Positions 7,809 through 18,800 of a stretch of 64,000 nt of DNA are shown piece by piece (within the stretch, counting starts at the first letter, position 1; each line of letters starts with the position of its first letter). The notes under the pieces are model-generated. The model did no database searches. It was not told the origin of the DNA and saw nothing but the letters and a program-made list of their open reading frames with translations. The stretch is taken from the NCBI GenBank assembly GCA_038237475.1, contig JBBRYS010000010.1:130465-194464 (forward strand), given 5' to 3'. The stretch comes from Pyrinomonadales bacterium (GTDB taxonomy: Bacteria > Acidobacteriota > Blastocatellia > Pyrinomonadales > Pyrinomonadaceae). Both the position numbers and the translations under genes were made by a program.

Positions 7809-9866
7809 TTACTTTTCAGCAACCGCGGGTGCCGGCGGCGTCATCTTCCTCACATACTTGTCATACCAGGCCAGGTAGCGCTCATAACGATCGCGCACGT
7901 AGCTGGGGCGCTGAATGCCGTGATTCTCGTTGGGATAGATGATGAGCTGGGTCTCGACGCCGAGGCTGCGCAGGGCCTGATACATCTGCTGGCCGCCCTG
8001 CACCGGCACGTTGAAATCCTTTTCGCCTCCCAGAAACAACGTCGGGGTCTTGATGCGATCGGCATGCAGAAACGGGTATGAAATCTTTTGGTAGACCTCC
8101 CACGATTTCGGATTCCACGGTGGGCCAATTTCATAATCGTATTGGTGGATGTACTGGTCGGTCCCATAGAACGCGACGGTGAAGGCCGTGCCGGCGCCAC
8201 TGGTACCGGCTTTGAATCGCGTGTCACTGGCGATGATGTAGTCGGTGAGAATGCCACCATAGCTCCAGCCGCCGACTCCCAGGCGATCGGGATCAGCGAC
8301 TCCCATTTTGATAACGTGATCGACCCCAGCCAGCAGATCATCAACTTCATAATGGCCCCAGTCAGCAAAGATGGAGTGCGAAAACTGTTGGCCCCGGCCT
8401 GAGCTGCCACGATAGTTAACCGCGAGGACCGCATAGCCGTTCGCCGCAAACCACTGACGCTCCGTGCTGAAAGAATGCTGATCCTGTCCATTCGGACCAC
8501 CGTGGATACGCAATAACAACGGCACCTTGCCGGTCGTATAGCCGACCGGATAGGTCAACAGGCCATGCACTTCCGTGCCGTCTTTGCTCTTGAAATTCAC
8601 CTCTTCCGTCTTGCCGAGTTCCACCTCGCTGATCAGAGCATCGTTCTGGTGAGTGAGCTGGCGTAGCGAACCACCCTCCATCGCGAAAACTTCCGTCGGT
8701 CGATTGTCGTCACCGGAGAGCACGGCTGCTTTGCCGCCGGCGATCGTCAAACTGGAAACGACAACGGGTGGAGACAAAAGACGCTTTACTGCAGTGCGAG
8801 TGATACTCACCGGATAGACAGAACGATCGTCAGTCACGAGAGCAGTGAGCGAGTTGTCAGCCGCGCCAAATCTCAACCCCGACAAGCCACGATCGAGATC
8901 GTCTGCGGCTTTCACACGGGCCGGCGCGCTGCTTCCATCAGCGGGCACAAACAGCAGCCGATCCATGCTGTAAGCTCCGTATTTCTTTTCATCACCTTCA
9001 ACAAAGGCAATCCATTTCCCATCCGGGCTCCACTCAGGCCGCGCTCGTCCGGTGCGATTCGTTGCTTGCGTCAGCAGCTTTTCAGTCGCACCCGGTTTCG
9101 CTTCAGCCACAAACAACTGCGCCGCGGGATCGCGATCGGGATCGTCTGTGTGGTTGCTCATGAACGCGATCAAACGCCCATCGGGCGACCATGACATCGA
9201 AGATTCATCCCACTTGCCGGTTGTCAGCCGTTCGAGTTTCTTCGCCGCGATGTCATAAAGGTAGATGAAACTGTGTCGCCCTGAAAGCAGATAGCCCTGG
9301 CCATCCTGCTTGTAGCGATAGCGATCGATCACGATTGGCTTGGGCGGTTTCGGCGGTCCGGCAGGCGTGGGACTGGCTGCCGCCTCGGCCTCCGGATCAG
9401 GATCGCCAATGACCAGCGCCAAAGTTTTCGAATCGGGAGACCACTCATAGCCCTGCAAACGACCTTTGAAGTCAGTCAACTGCATCGCTTCTCCGCCCCT
9501 GCGGTCAAGCAACCAGACTTGATTGCCTTTGGCCTTGCCGGGGCGCGCAGAAGTAAAGGAGAGATAATTTCCGTCGGGGCTCCAGCGGGGCGATGACTCG
9601 CTGTCCTGGCTAAAAGTGATCTGACGATCGCTCTTGCCGTCAAAGCTCACCATCCAGACGTGAGTGTTGCTCTTGTCCTCCTTGACGTCGACCGTTGAGA
9701 CAACGTAGGCGATCCATTGTCCATCAGGAGAGACCTGCGGATCCCGCACTTCACGAAGACGTGCGATGTCATCCAGCTTAAGCGGATGGCGTGCGGTCTG
9801 CGCGGCGACCGCAGACGCCAGAAACAGAGACATCAGAACTATTGCGAATAGTCGGCGGGGGGCCAT
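7809..9866 (-). CDS. S9 family serine peptidase with N-terminal TolB-like beta-propeller
   Basis: Lies in ORF 7809..9902. ATG at 9866 is preceded by AGGAGA and gives the signal peptide MAPRRLFAIVLMSLFLASAVAAQ. It has repeated SPDG propeller motifs and the catalytic GGWSYGG. Confidence 0.9.
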   Translation of the reverse strand: MAPRRLFAIVLMSLFLASAVAAQTARHPLKLDDIARLREVRDPQVSPDGQWIAYVVSTVDVKEDKSNTHVWMVSFDGKSDRQITFSQDSESSPRWSPDGNYLSFTSARPGKAKGNQVWLLDRRGGEAMQLTDFKGRLQGYEWSPDSKTLALVIGDPDPEAEAAASPTPAGPPKPPKPIVIDRYRYKQDGQGYLLSGRHSFIYLYDIAAKKLERLTTGKWDESSMSWSPDGRLIAFMSNHTDDPDRDPAAQLFVAEAKPGATEKLLTQATNRTGRARPEWSPDGKWIAFVEGDEKKYGAYSMDRLLFVPADGSSAPARVKAADDLDRGLSGLRFGAADNSLTALVTDDRSVYPVSITRTAVKRLLSPPVVVSSLTIAGGKAAVLSGDDNRPTEVFAMEGGSLRQLTHQNDALISEVELGKTEEVNFKSKDGTEVHGLLTYPVGYTTGKVPLLLRIHGGPNGQDQHSFSTERQWFAANGYAVLAVNYRGSSGRGQQFSHSIFADWGHYEVDDLLAGVDHVIKMGVADPDRLGVGGWSYGGILTDYIIASDTRFKAGTSGAGTAFTVAFYGTDQYIHQYDYEIGPPWNPKSWEVYQKISYPFLHADRIKTPTLFLGGEKDFNVPVQGGQQMYQALRSLGVETQLIIYPNENHGIQRPSYVRDRYERYLAWYDKYVRKMTPPAPAVAEK

Positions 9867-9915
9867 AGTTTTATTCTCCTGATATTGAGTATTGGATTCC
9901 AACGAGTAGGAATAG

Positions 9916-11283
9916 TTATCCCTTCACGGACATGTCCAGCACGTCATGCCGCGTGATAATACCGACGATGCGACCGTACTCCTCAACCAGAACAGCCGGG
10001 CTGGTCTGCAGCCGGCGCGTGACGTCATTTGAGCTTGCATCCACATCGACGGTGGGAAAGCTCGCTTCCATTACGTCGCTGACTGTTGCCTCCAATAGCT
10101 CGTGGTTACGTACGACTTTCGCCAACACACGGCTTTCGCGAATCGAGCCAACTGCGCGACCTTCTTCCAGAACCGGCAATTGAGTTAGTCCCAGTTCGTC
10201 CATGCGCGCCAGGGCATAGGAAATAGTGTCCTCCGGTGCAACCGACACCAGCGTCTTGGGCGAGTGGGCCTTTTTGGTTCCGGCAATCAAGCCGGCGGTG
10301 ATCTTGCGTGGTTCGAGTAGGCGTTTTTCTTTCATCCACTCATCCGAATGAAACTTAGTTAGATAGTGCTCGCCAGTGTCACAGACGATGAAGACAATCA
10401 CCGCCTCGGCGTCCGCATCGCGAGCCACGCGGAGGGCTGCTGCAACATTGGTTCCCGTCGAGCCTCCACAGAATATTCCTTCCGTTCGTCCCATTTGCCG
10501 CGCCAGATCAAACGACTCGCGGTCGGTGACGTTGATCACGTCGTCGACGTACTTGATGTGCACGTTGGGAGGAATAACTTCCTGACCAATTCCTTCCACC
10601 AGGTAGGGCGTAGCTTCGACCAGCTTTCCCGTTTCCTTGTAGGTCTTAAAGACAGAGCCATAGGGATCGGCGCCGATGATCCTCACGTCCGGGTTTTTCT
10701 CTTTTAAATACCGGCCGGTTCCGGAGATGGTGCCGCCCGTGCCGATGCCGGCTATAAAGTGAGTGATCTTTCCTTCGGTCTGTTCCCAGATCTCGGGACC
10801 CGTCGTGCGATAGTGGGCTTCCGGGTTTGCCGGGTGAGAATACTGATCGGGATAAAACGAGTTGGGAGTCTCGGCGGCAATTCGCTTCGCGGTTGAGACG
10901 TAATGATCAGGTGTTCCAGGTTTAGCCGACACCGGTGTGATGACTACATCCGCGCCGAGCGCTTTGAGGTAGCGAGATTTTTCGACCGAGGACTTGTCAG
11001 TCATGACAAAGATGCATTTATAGCCTTTGACGGCAGCTGCCAGGGCCAACCCGATACCGGTGTTACCCGAAGTCGCTTCCACGATCGTGCCACCGGGTTT
11101 CAAGGCGCCTTCGCGTTCAGCGGCCTGGATCATCGAAATTCCGATGCGGTCCTTCACTGAGAATCCCGGGTTCAGGTTCTCCATCTTTCCCAGGACCGTG
11201 GCCTTGAGACCTTTGGTCAAGCGCGAAAGTTTGACTAAAGGCGTGTGGCCGATCAGTCCGAGAATATTTTCAGAATATTGCAT
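9916..11283 (-). CDS. cystathionine beta-synthase type enzyme (PLP cysteine-synthase fold + tandem CBS domains)
   Basis: [13 protein letters not shown]-lysine motif and SGNTGIGLA in the N-terminal part. The C-terminal roughly 120 aa form a CBS pair ([27 protein letters not shown]). Confidence 0.88.
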   Translation of the reverse strand: MQYSENILGLIGHTPLVKLSRLTKGLKATVLGKMENLNPGFSVKDRIGISMIQAAEREGALKPGGTIVEATSGNTGIGLALAAAVKGYKCIFVMTDKSSVEKSRYLKALGADVVITPVSAKPGTPDHYVSTAKRIAAETPNSFYPDQYSHPANPEAHYRTTGPEIWEQTEGKITHFIAGIGTGGTISGTGRYLKEKNPDVRIIGADPYGSVFKTYKETGKLVEATPYLVEGIGQEVIPPNVHIKYVDDVINVTDRESFDLARQMGRTEGIFCGGSTGTNVAAALRVARDADAEAVIVFIVCDTGEHYLTKFHSDEWMKEKRLLEPRKITAGLIAGTKKAHSPKTLVSVAPEDTISYALARMDELGLTQLPVLEEGRAVGSIRESRVLAKVVRNHELLEATVSDVMEASFPTVDVDASSNDVTRRLQTSPAVLVEEYGRIVGIITRHDVLDMSVKG

Positions 11284-11544
11284 GCCTCTCCCTTTGTTTG
11301 TGGCTAATATTGATAATCGCGAGTGCTCGCGAACCCTAATTGGAATGCCTCAGGCTTTCGTCGCGCAGCCCGACACCTGATTCTGGTCCACTTCCCAATT
11401 AAGCTCTGTCGCGCAGACAATTCTGCCCTTCGCGCAACCAATTGGCAATCGCGGCGAAACTTGTATCAGTCGAAATGTCCCGGCAGCACCGTTCAGCATT
11501 TAGATGGCGATGGCCGGCCGGGCTGCGTCGTGGGAAAAAGGTCT

Positions 11545-12801
11545 TCATTTCGCCGAAACTTCGCAGAACTTTTGCGCGATCAAGTCTGCAGCGACCCGAT
11601 GGCCCAGCTGATTCCAATGTCCATTTCCCTGGTTGCTGCCAAAGCCATGCAGAAAAACTTTGTTTTGATCGGCGTAAGCTTGCATGTCATGCGCGAGAGT
11701 GAAAACGGTCATTCCCTCGCGCTCGCCGAGCTGACTGATCCGCTCATCAGGGTAGAAGAGATTATCAGCGCCCACGCGTCTTAAAAAGTTCTGGCGGGCA
11801 GCCGAGTCGGGGTAAACCTGAATCCCATTACTCAAGGTAACAATCACGAACTTAGCTCCCTTGGCTTGCACATCGGCACGCATCTGCAGAAGCAAATGCT
11901 CGGTAACTTGCCACGCATCCTGCCACACCTGATCTTTGGGCTCGCGATATATGACGTTGTCGATCCCGATGTCTTCAGCCGACGGCGACACGTTATTGGT
12001 TTGCGTGTTAGGTATTGGCGAGGGATCTGGCGCGGGCGCTGCGGTTGCGTTGCGTGCACGCCTCGCTGCCAGCCAGATCTTGAAACCATGATGGCCTTCG
12101 TTAATGGCCTGAACTACGCGGGAGTGATCGCGTATCCAACGGCCCAGACGATTGATGGCGGACACGCGCCAAAGGAAAGCGCGCGAGTCTTTGAAAGAAT
12201 CGTCGAGCACCAGCCTGCCTTCCGTTTCGACAAAGTACGGTATCTGGTCCGTTCTTTTCAACTGGCGCAGATTGTCACTGACATCGTTATTGGTGGTAAA
12301 GGTCAGCATCACAATGTCAGGTGAATATTGCCAGACGCGCTCGCGCAAGGTGAGCATCTCCTGAGCTGTGCCGTATCCTGAAACGCCGAAGTTAATCACC
12401 TCAAGCGTATGGTCTCCAAAGGCTCTACACTGCTCCATCTTTTTTTTCATCAGGGACCAGAAGGCTTCTTCAAGCGCCACCTGGAAAGCTTCCGGATATG
12501 AATCTCCAATGACGGCTATGCGGATTGTGCCTGGCGGCTTCGCGATGGAATGTTCGATGTCTCGCAGGCCATCACTATTGATATTGACGTAAGCGCGTCC
12601 TTCTTTGTGATACCAGCCTTGCATGTGCGGACGTAACGCGTAACCTCGCACAGCGTCGGGCTGATAGAACTCCGGATACGAGTAGCCTGCGATGCGGAGG
12701 ACAACCTCTCCAATCACCAGACCAAATACGAGCCCGAATAAAACAAGCGCCAGTTTCCCCAACAGGCGCCGCAGCAGGCCACCCTGATTTTTGTTTGACA
12801 T
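11545..12801 (-). CDS. membrane-anchored SGNH/GDSL hydrolase
   Basis: Lies in ORF 11545..12879. ATG at 12801 gives MSNKNQGGLLRRLLGKLALVLFGLVFGLVIG, a TM anchor. SGNH blocks are IAVIGDSYPE, GVSGYGTAQE, TTNND and GNGHWNQLGH. Confidence 0.8.
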   Translation of the reverse strand: MSNKNQGGLLRRLLGKLALVLFGLVFGLVIGEVVLRIAGYSYPEFYQPDAVRGYALRPHMQGWYHKEGRAYVNINSDGLRDIEHSIAKPPGTIRIAVIGDSYPEAFQVALEEAFWSLMKKKMEQCRAFGDHTLEVINFGVSGYGTAQEMLTLRERVWQYSPDIVMLTFTTNNDVSDNLRQLKRTDQIPYFVETEGRLVLDDSFKDSRAFLWRVSAINRLGRWIRDHSRVVQAINEGHHGFKIWLAARRARNATAAPAPDPSPIPNTQTNNVSPSAEDIGIDNVIYREPKDQVWQDAWQVTEHLLLQMRADVQAKGAKFVIVTLSNGIQVYPDSAARQNFLRRVGADNLFYPDERISQLGEREGMTVFTLAHDMQAYADQNKVFLHGFGSNQGNGHWNQLGHRVAADLIAQKFCEVSAK

Positions 12802-12853
12802 CAGCAGTATTGATAAGACTTGTAGCTCGCCTCGCGGCCGCACACCAGCTTGC

Positions 12854-13177
12854 TCACAAGAGTTTCTTTGGTTTGGCAAACGCCAGCAGCATGTCGGTTA
12901 TCACCTCAAGGTCAGGCACCTGAAGCAGATCTGCATAAGCGTTAATGTGCTGGTATGCCATCTGCCGGGTGTACGTATCCCACTCAGGGTCAGTATTGAC
13001 CTTTCCCTGCAGCGGTTGCTGATCAGCCGCCAGATCCTGAATCTGCGCGTAGTTCTTGTCCCGCACAGCGAGCAGACTGACATCAAGCGCTAACTTTAGC
13101 CAGAACGGTGCGCGAATCTGTGGGCGGAAGAGATTGGGTATTAACTTCAAGTCACTGACCTGCCGGGCGTGCGGCAC
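12854..13177 (-). CDS. hypothetical protein (possible member of the carbamoyltransferase cluster)
   Basis: A 107-aa GTG-initiated ORF fills the gap between the DUF5989-like and SGNH genes on the same strand. Codon usage is GC3-rich like its neighbours. I recognise no family. Confidence 0.35.
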   Translation of the reverse strand: MPHARQVSDLKLIPNLFRPQIRAPFWLKLALDVSLLAVRDKNYAQIQDLAADQQPLQGKVNTDPEWDTYTRQMAYQHINAYADLLQVPDLEVITDMLLAFAKPKKLL

Positions 13178-13261
13178 TCAATGCAGCGGACCCGTGATGG
13201 CCTGGCTCAGAGGTCGAAGAGTCGCGCTCAACAGGACAAGGGCAGACGCTTTTCCACACTG

Positions 13262-13444
13262 TTAGAACAGAGAGTAAATAAAAGGGCCAAGACCGGTGGA
13301 CGACGCAAACACCAACAGCAAACCGCAGACCAGCAGCGTTATCACCATCGGAATCAGCCACCACATTTTCCGCTTCCAGAGGAACACCAACAATCCGCCC
13401 AGGACGCCGGCGTTCGCACTAAATCTTTGTAACCATCGCTTCAT
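13262..13444 (-). CDS. DUF5989 / SxtK-like small membrane protein
   Basis: The 60-aa ORF ends in WKRKMWWLIPMVITLLVCGLLLVFASSTGLGPFIYSLF. This is the characteristic single TM plus the PFIY(S/T)LF C-terminus of small proteins encoded next to carbamoyltransferases. Confidence 0.8.
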   Translation of the reverse strand: MKRWLQRFSANAGVLGGLLVFLWKRKMWWLIPMVITLLVCGLLLVFASSTGLGPFIYSLF

Positions 13445-13528
13445 GATATTTCATGTCCAACAAAACTCAGGCTGTCTTTTCTAAAAAGTCTTAAGCACCA
13501 TCTTTGTCGATTCAGACTGCCTGGCAAC

Positions 13529-15313
13529 TTACTTCTTAACCAAAAAATGCTCCATTACCAACAGGTCGAGTCCGCTGTTGCTGAAAGTGCGAAAAGCATT
13601 CGCCGGGCTCGTCACCATAGGTTCACCGCGCAAATTGTACGACGTATTCAATAACACAGGCACCCCGGTGGCCTCGCCAAACTTTTCAATCAAGCGGTAG
13701 TAAACCGGATTGACTGTCCGTTGAATTGTCTGCAGACGGCCGGTGCCCTGATGGTTCACGGCCTGAATCAAGTCCTGCTTATCTTCCCGGATCGGCGTTA
13801 CAAATTGCATGAATCTTGCCGCATGGTGATTTTTTCCGGGAGGCAAATCAAAAAACTCGTGCGTGCGCTCATCCAGGATAACCGGTGCGAAGGGTCTGAA
13901 GGGCTCGCGAAATTTTATTTTCTCGTTGACGATGCCCTTCATTTCCGCAAAGCGTGGATCAGCGAGAATACTTCGATTGCCGAGCGCGCGCGGGCCCCAT
14001 TCGAACCGGCCCTTGAACCAACCGAACACCTTTCCCTGCGTCATTTCTTCGACCACTCGATCCAGCAGGCGCTCCTCATCATCGATATGTTCGTAGGCGA
14101 TACCGTTGGCGCGCAGGAAATCTCCGATCTGCGCATCGGAAAACTCTTCTCCCCAGTAACAATGATCGAGAATAAACTTCCGCGGCCGCTGCAGAATGAT
14201 GTGATAAGCCCAAAGCGCTGCACCCAGTGCTGCGCCCGCATCGCCCGCCGCCGGCTGGACAAAGATATCGTCGAAGGCCGTCTCGCGCAGGATGCGCCCA
14301 TTGGCGACGCTGTTGAGCATCACGCCACCAGCGACACACAGTTTTTTTAGCCCGGTCTTCTCCTGCAGATGATTAGCCATCTTCAGGAGAATCTCTTCAG
14401 TAGCGCGCTGGATACTCGCCGCCACGTCGGCATACATCTGGTTTTCTTCAGCCACACGGTCGTCCCATTGCGGATGGTCACGATTGGGGTGAGTCGTCGT
14501 CGTGTAGAAATCCACCTCAGAACGCCGGGGCGGACCAAACAGATCTGTGAATTTTGAGTTGATGGTCTGCTCGGTCGATTTATAAAAGGCGAAGTATTCC
14601 ATGTTGAGGCGAAAGCTGCCATCGTCGTTGACCTCAACCAGCTTGTAAACCTTGTCGAGGTAACGAGGTTCACCGTAGGGCGCCATGCCCATCACCTTAT
14701 ACTCGCCTTCATTGACTTCAAATCCGAGGAACGCGGTGAAGCCCGAGTAAAGCAGCCCGAGCGAATTCGGAAACTTGATCTCCTCGAACAACTCGATGCG
14801 GTTTTCGCCGCCGCCTTTCCAATCGACCCGGCCATGACCGAGCGTAGTGGTGGTCCATTCTCCGACGCCGTCAACCGTCATGATCGCCGCTTCCTCAAAC
14901 GACGAGCAAAACAGCGTGCTGGCCGCATGCGACATATGGTGCTCGCTGAAGAGGACGCGATCCGCGGGAAGATTTAATTTTTTGAGTATGCGTCCCTTGA
15001 TCCAAAGCTTTTCATTGAACCAGGCGACCATCGCTTCGCGAAAGACAGTCGATGTTTTCGGGAAGGCCCCGAGCACGGTGGTCAGAATCCGCTCGAACTT
15101 TACCAGAGGCTTTTCGTGAAACACCACGTAGTCCAGGTCGCCAGCACTTATGCCGCCCTGAGCCAAACAGAAATCAATCGCCAGCTCGGGAAAGTTATGA
15201 TCGTGCTTCTTGCGGCTGAATCTTTCCTCTTCGGCGGCGGCTATCAGACTACCGTCCTGGATGAGGGCGGCGGCCGCGTCGTGATAGAAACATGAAATAC
15301 CGAGGATGTTCAT
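13529..15313 (-). CDS. carbamoyltransferase (NodU/CmcH/SxtI family)
   Basis: Lies in ORF 13529..15364. ATG at 15313 gives MNILGISCFYHDAAAALIQDGSLIAAAEEERFSRKKHD, the typical family N-terminus. The roughly 595-aa length is typical, and the C-terminal YrdC-like part has LLNTSYNLRGEPMV. Confidence 0.93.
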   Translation of the reverse strand: MNILGISCFYHDAAAALIQDGSLIAAAEEERFSRKKHDHNFPELAIDFCLAQGGISAGDLDYVVFHEKPLVKFERILTTVLGAFPKTSTVFREAMVAWFNEKLWIKGRILKKLNLPADRVLFSEHHMSHAASTLFCSSFEEAAIMTVDGVGEWTTTTLGHGRVDWKGGGENRIELFEEIKFPNSLGLLYSGFTAFLGFEVNEGEYKVMGMAPYGEPRYLDKVYKLVEVNDDGSFRLNMEYFAFYKSTEQTINSKFTDLFGPPRRSEVDFYTTTTHPNRDHPQWDDRVAEENQMYADVAASIQRATEEILLKMANHLQEKTGLKKLCVAGGVMLNSVANGRILRETAFDDIFVQPAAGDAGAALGAALWAYHIILQRPRKFILDHCYWGEEFSDAQIGDFLRANGIAYEHIDDEERLLDRVVEEMTQGKVFGWFKGRFEWGPRALGNRSILADPRFAEMKGIVNEKIKFREPFRPFAPVILDERTHEFFDLPPGKNHHAARFMQFVTPIREDKQDLIQAVNHQGTGRLQTIQRTVNPVYYRLIEKFGEATGVPVLLNTSYNLRGEPMVTSPANAFRTFSNSGLDLLVMEHFLVKK

Positions 15314-15360
15314 AGAATGCCGGTCTTGTGGATTTGGGATTTGAGTAGAATATTTTCCGA

Positions 15361-15627
15361 TCAATAAGGTCGCCGCGCGTCCTCCAGCGTCTCCGGTTTA
15401 GTCTCGCGCGGCAACCAGCCTGACTCTTTTGATCTCAAATTCAGCGGGTCTTTGAACCAGCGTACGCCAATTCCAAATGGAACGGCTACGGTGAAATAGA
15501 AAACGGTCATGAAGATGCGCGCCACGAAGTCGCCCATCACCTGGCCGAAGGCTCGCCACTTCTTCCACGCTTTTTTTAAGAAACCTAACAAGTGACTTTC
15601 AAACCTTCCTATCTGGGGCTGAAACAC
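15361..15627 (-). CDS. SxtJ-like small membrane protein
   Basis: The 88-aa ORF ends just upstream of the carbamoyltransferase. Its hydrophobic FVARIFMTVFYFTVAVPFGIGVRWFKDPLNLR segment resembles SxtJ-family proteins. The start codon is uncertain (GTG at 15627). Confidence 0.5.
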   Translation of the reverse strand: MFQPQIGRFESHLLGFLKKAWKKWRAFGQVMGDFVARIFMTVFYFTVAVPFGIGVRWFKDPLNLRSKESGWLPRETKPETLEDARRPY

Positions 15628-15821
15628 ATAACTGGACCAAACTCACTGGTTCTGGAAACTTCACCCGAAGATATTCGGAGTGTCTTATGAATCTTTAACC
15701 TACCGAATTCCCCTGCAATTGTCCAAACCGGACCATCGACTGAATTACCGATGGCGTAAAAATATGGACGAACATTGCGGCGGCCAGGAGTGTTAACGCA
15801 GCAGGTCCGACTCAACTTCGA

Positions 15822-15857
15822 CTAAAAAGGGCGCTGCTCCTTAATGAAGCAGCGCCC
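15822..15857 (-). terminator. rho-independent terminator after the TonB-dependent receptor gene
   Basis: Minus strand reads gggcgctgct-tcattaagg-agcagcgccc followed by TTTTT, 27 nt after the stop at 15884. Confidence 0.75.
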
Positions 15858-15883
15858 GATTGGTTAGGCAGATAACGTTCTGC

Positions 15884-18800
15884 TTAGAACTCGAACCTTG
15901 CGGCAAACTGAATGATCCGGGGCGGATAAGCATTGCCCGAGGTAATTTGCCCAAAGGTCGCACTGTTGATGTTGAAAATATTGCTGTCCTCGCCAAGGCT
16001 CGTCGCATTGGCACCCGAGGGAGCAAAGAAGTTGACATTGTTGAGCACGTTGAAGACCTCCATACGCAATTGGAGCCGGGTCTTTTCCGAGATCGCTATG
16101 TTCTTCATCAGGCCCGCATCCCAATTGAGATACATTGGTCCGTTTATGAAGGTGCGTGGCAGGTTACCGGTTTGACCCGGCTGGGCCCTGAAGAACACCT
16201 GGCCCGGGAAACCTGTTAACGGGGCTGTTCCCAAATTCCCACCCGTGGCCGTGCCGTCCGGCGCGATCGCCGACGGATTGATGAAGTAGATTTTCCCGTT
16301 CTGCCTGAAGACGCCGACAAGCTTTTTGATCTCATTCGGCGAGAGATTCGAATTCGCGGTTTGCCGCTGCGATCGGCCGGCGCGATTTAGTGTCCCGGTC
16401 AAATCTCTGATCGAGATCGGAGCGCCGGAGCTTGAGTTCACCAGGGATGTAAGCTGGAAGCCGCCGAAGAGCCGGTTGATGCCAGAACCATTATTCAGGA
16501 ACCGTTTGCCTTTACCGAACGGCAGTTCATAGATCCCGTTGATGTTGACAGTGTGCGTTCGATCGTAATCCGTTCGCGCATAGTCAAGTTGTTGATTGGC
16601 GTTGTCCAGAAATGGATCGAAGCGCGCCTGTCCATCCGTCTCGATGTCCGAAAGAATTTTCTGGAAAGTGTAATTGGCCTGGAAGCTGAGACCATTGGTA
16701 AAGCGGCGGCGAATCTCAGCCTGCAGAGAGTTGTAGCGGTATTTCCCGCCATTGGTCAGCAAGTCAACCGGACCGGCAAACTGATTTCGCCGAAACTTGA
16801 TGCCCGCGTTGGTGGCCGGATCGAAATCCAAACCGTTTGTTACGTAGATTAGCGCCAGGTCCGCCGGCGTCCCATTGATAATGGGCGTCGTTACAGCTGA
16901 GTTATTCAGGAAGGCTCCAAACGGCAACAAATTGAACGCCGGCAGTGGCTGGCTACCGGCGATAGCCGGATTGAAGCTCGCGTCGGTACAACGAAGCAAC
17001 GGATCCCCGGTCCCTGTAATCGTTGCCCCCTGGAGGCGGCAGTTGTTTCGAGCGATGTTGAAGTCTCGCAGGAAATTATTGGCGTTGATATTGAGTTGGT
17101 TCAGATCAATGCCGCGCACCATGTTGTTGCTGCGCCCACCAACATAGCGGATCTCGATCGCAGTACGATGACCAATCTCTCTTTGGATGCCGAAGTTAAA
17201 TTCGTCATTGCGCTGGACCTGGATGTTCGGGTTAACCGCGAAAACGGTATTAAAGAAGCTGCCATTGTCAGCATTGGCCTGCGCGAAAGTGATTGGCGGC
17301 GTTCGCAAAGGCGGCAGCCGTAGGGCCGGCAAACTATTTAAGCGAGCGTTGACGTTGACCGCGCCGCCGGCCAGCCCGGTAAGATTCAAACCAGCATTGC
17401 CGCCAGCGGCGTTGCGAGTCGAAGTCACATACTCATCGTTTACGAAGCTACTGCGGAAGCCGCCACGAATCACAGTCTTTCCCTGTCCGGGCATTAGCGC
17501 GCTCAGAAATCCATTCTTAAATTCCGGTGTGTACGCAAAGCTCAAAACGGGCCCGAAATTATTCTTGTCCATCTTATAGAACCGGCCGGCCTTGCCCGAA
17601 TTACCGCCTACCAGGCCGTAGCTTCCATTTGGATTCAGCAGCGCATCGACCAGACTCGTCCCGGCCGGGATGATGGGCTCGAGGAAGACCCTATCTGGGC
17701 TCGTCAATGGCGTAAAGATGTCGTAACGCAGGCCGAGGTTCAACGTCAGCCGCTGGTTGACTCGCCATTGATCGCTGACATATGAGCCAATCGTATTGAA
17801 GTTGAGTTGCTGAACGAGGGGAACGCCGAGCTGCGTGCCGACGCTGGGATTGACAAAGTTTGCCGCCACCGAACCGGCGCCGATGAACCCACCCAGCAGA
17901 TAGCGAAGCGTGTCCGCCCTGCCGCGTTGTGTGGCACTGATCCCGCCCGGGTAAAGCGAAGCCGCCAGACGAGGCGTCAGAACATTATTGGTGTTGGTGA
18001 TGGCATAAATCGGAGTCTTGTTGAAGTTGCTGATCACCTGAATGCGCTGGCCATTAAAGTCGGTGCCGAAACGCAGCGAGTGATTGCCAAAACTATACGA
18101 AGCATTGTCCTGGAAAGTGTACTGCCTCGTGTTGCGTCCCTGATCTTCGAAACTGGCTTCAGGGCTGCTCAAGGTCAGCGGCAGGCCGGACGCGGGCAAA
18201 CCATTCGCGGCGATCTGTCCGATGATGAAATTGCCGGGCAGCGAATTCTGTTTGAAAAAGGGTTCGGCCGGCTCATAAGCAACGCGAACTTCGTTGACAA
18301 AGTTTGAGCTGAGGGTGGAACGATACGACACGATATAAAGATTGGTCGGACCGCTTTGCACCACAAAGGGATGCGCACCGTATCCGCCGGTATCCGTTTG
18401 CCGCTCATCCCCGTTGTTGTTGTACTTGTAGACGAAGTTCAGACTGTTTTTTTGATTGACGTCGAAATCAAATCTGGTCGTCAGCCCGTTACGGGTGTCA
18501 TTATCAGACTGATTGAACTGCAGGAGTTGAGTAAGGCCGTTATTGGCAACGGTCGAGTTTCCAACCGCTGGCATGCGGTTAAGAACACGAGCCTGAATGG
18601 TGGGATCGACCCCGATCACGCCGCCGGCCGAGGCCGGAATGGCCCCGGTGAATCCGGCGCCCGTCAGAACGTTAACCGTGCGTGTTACACCACTGTTATC
18701 CGTGTAAGTAAAGTTCCCAGTGCGCGCCGATCCCAGCAGGATGTTGCGCGTAATCGAACGCTGCTGCCGCAGAATGAACCGCTCATACGCTGCAAAGAAG

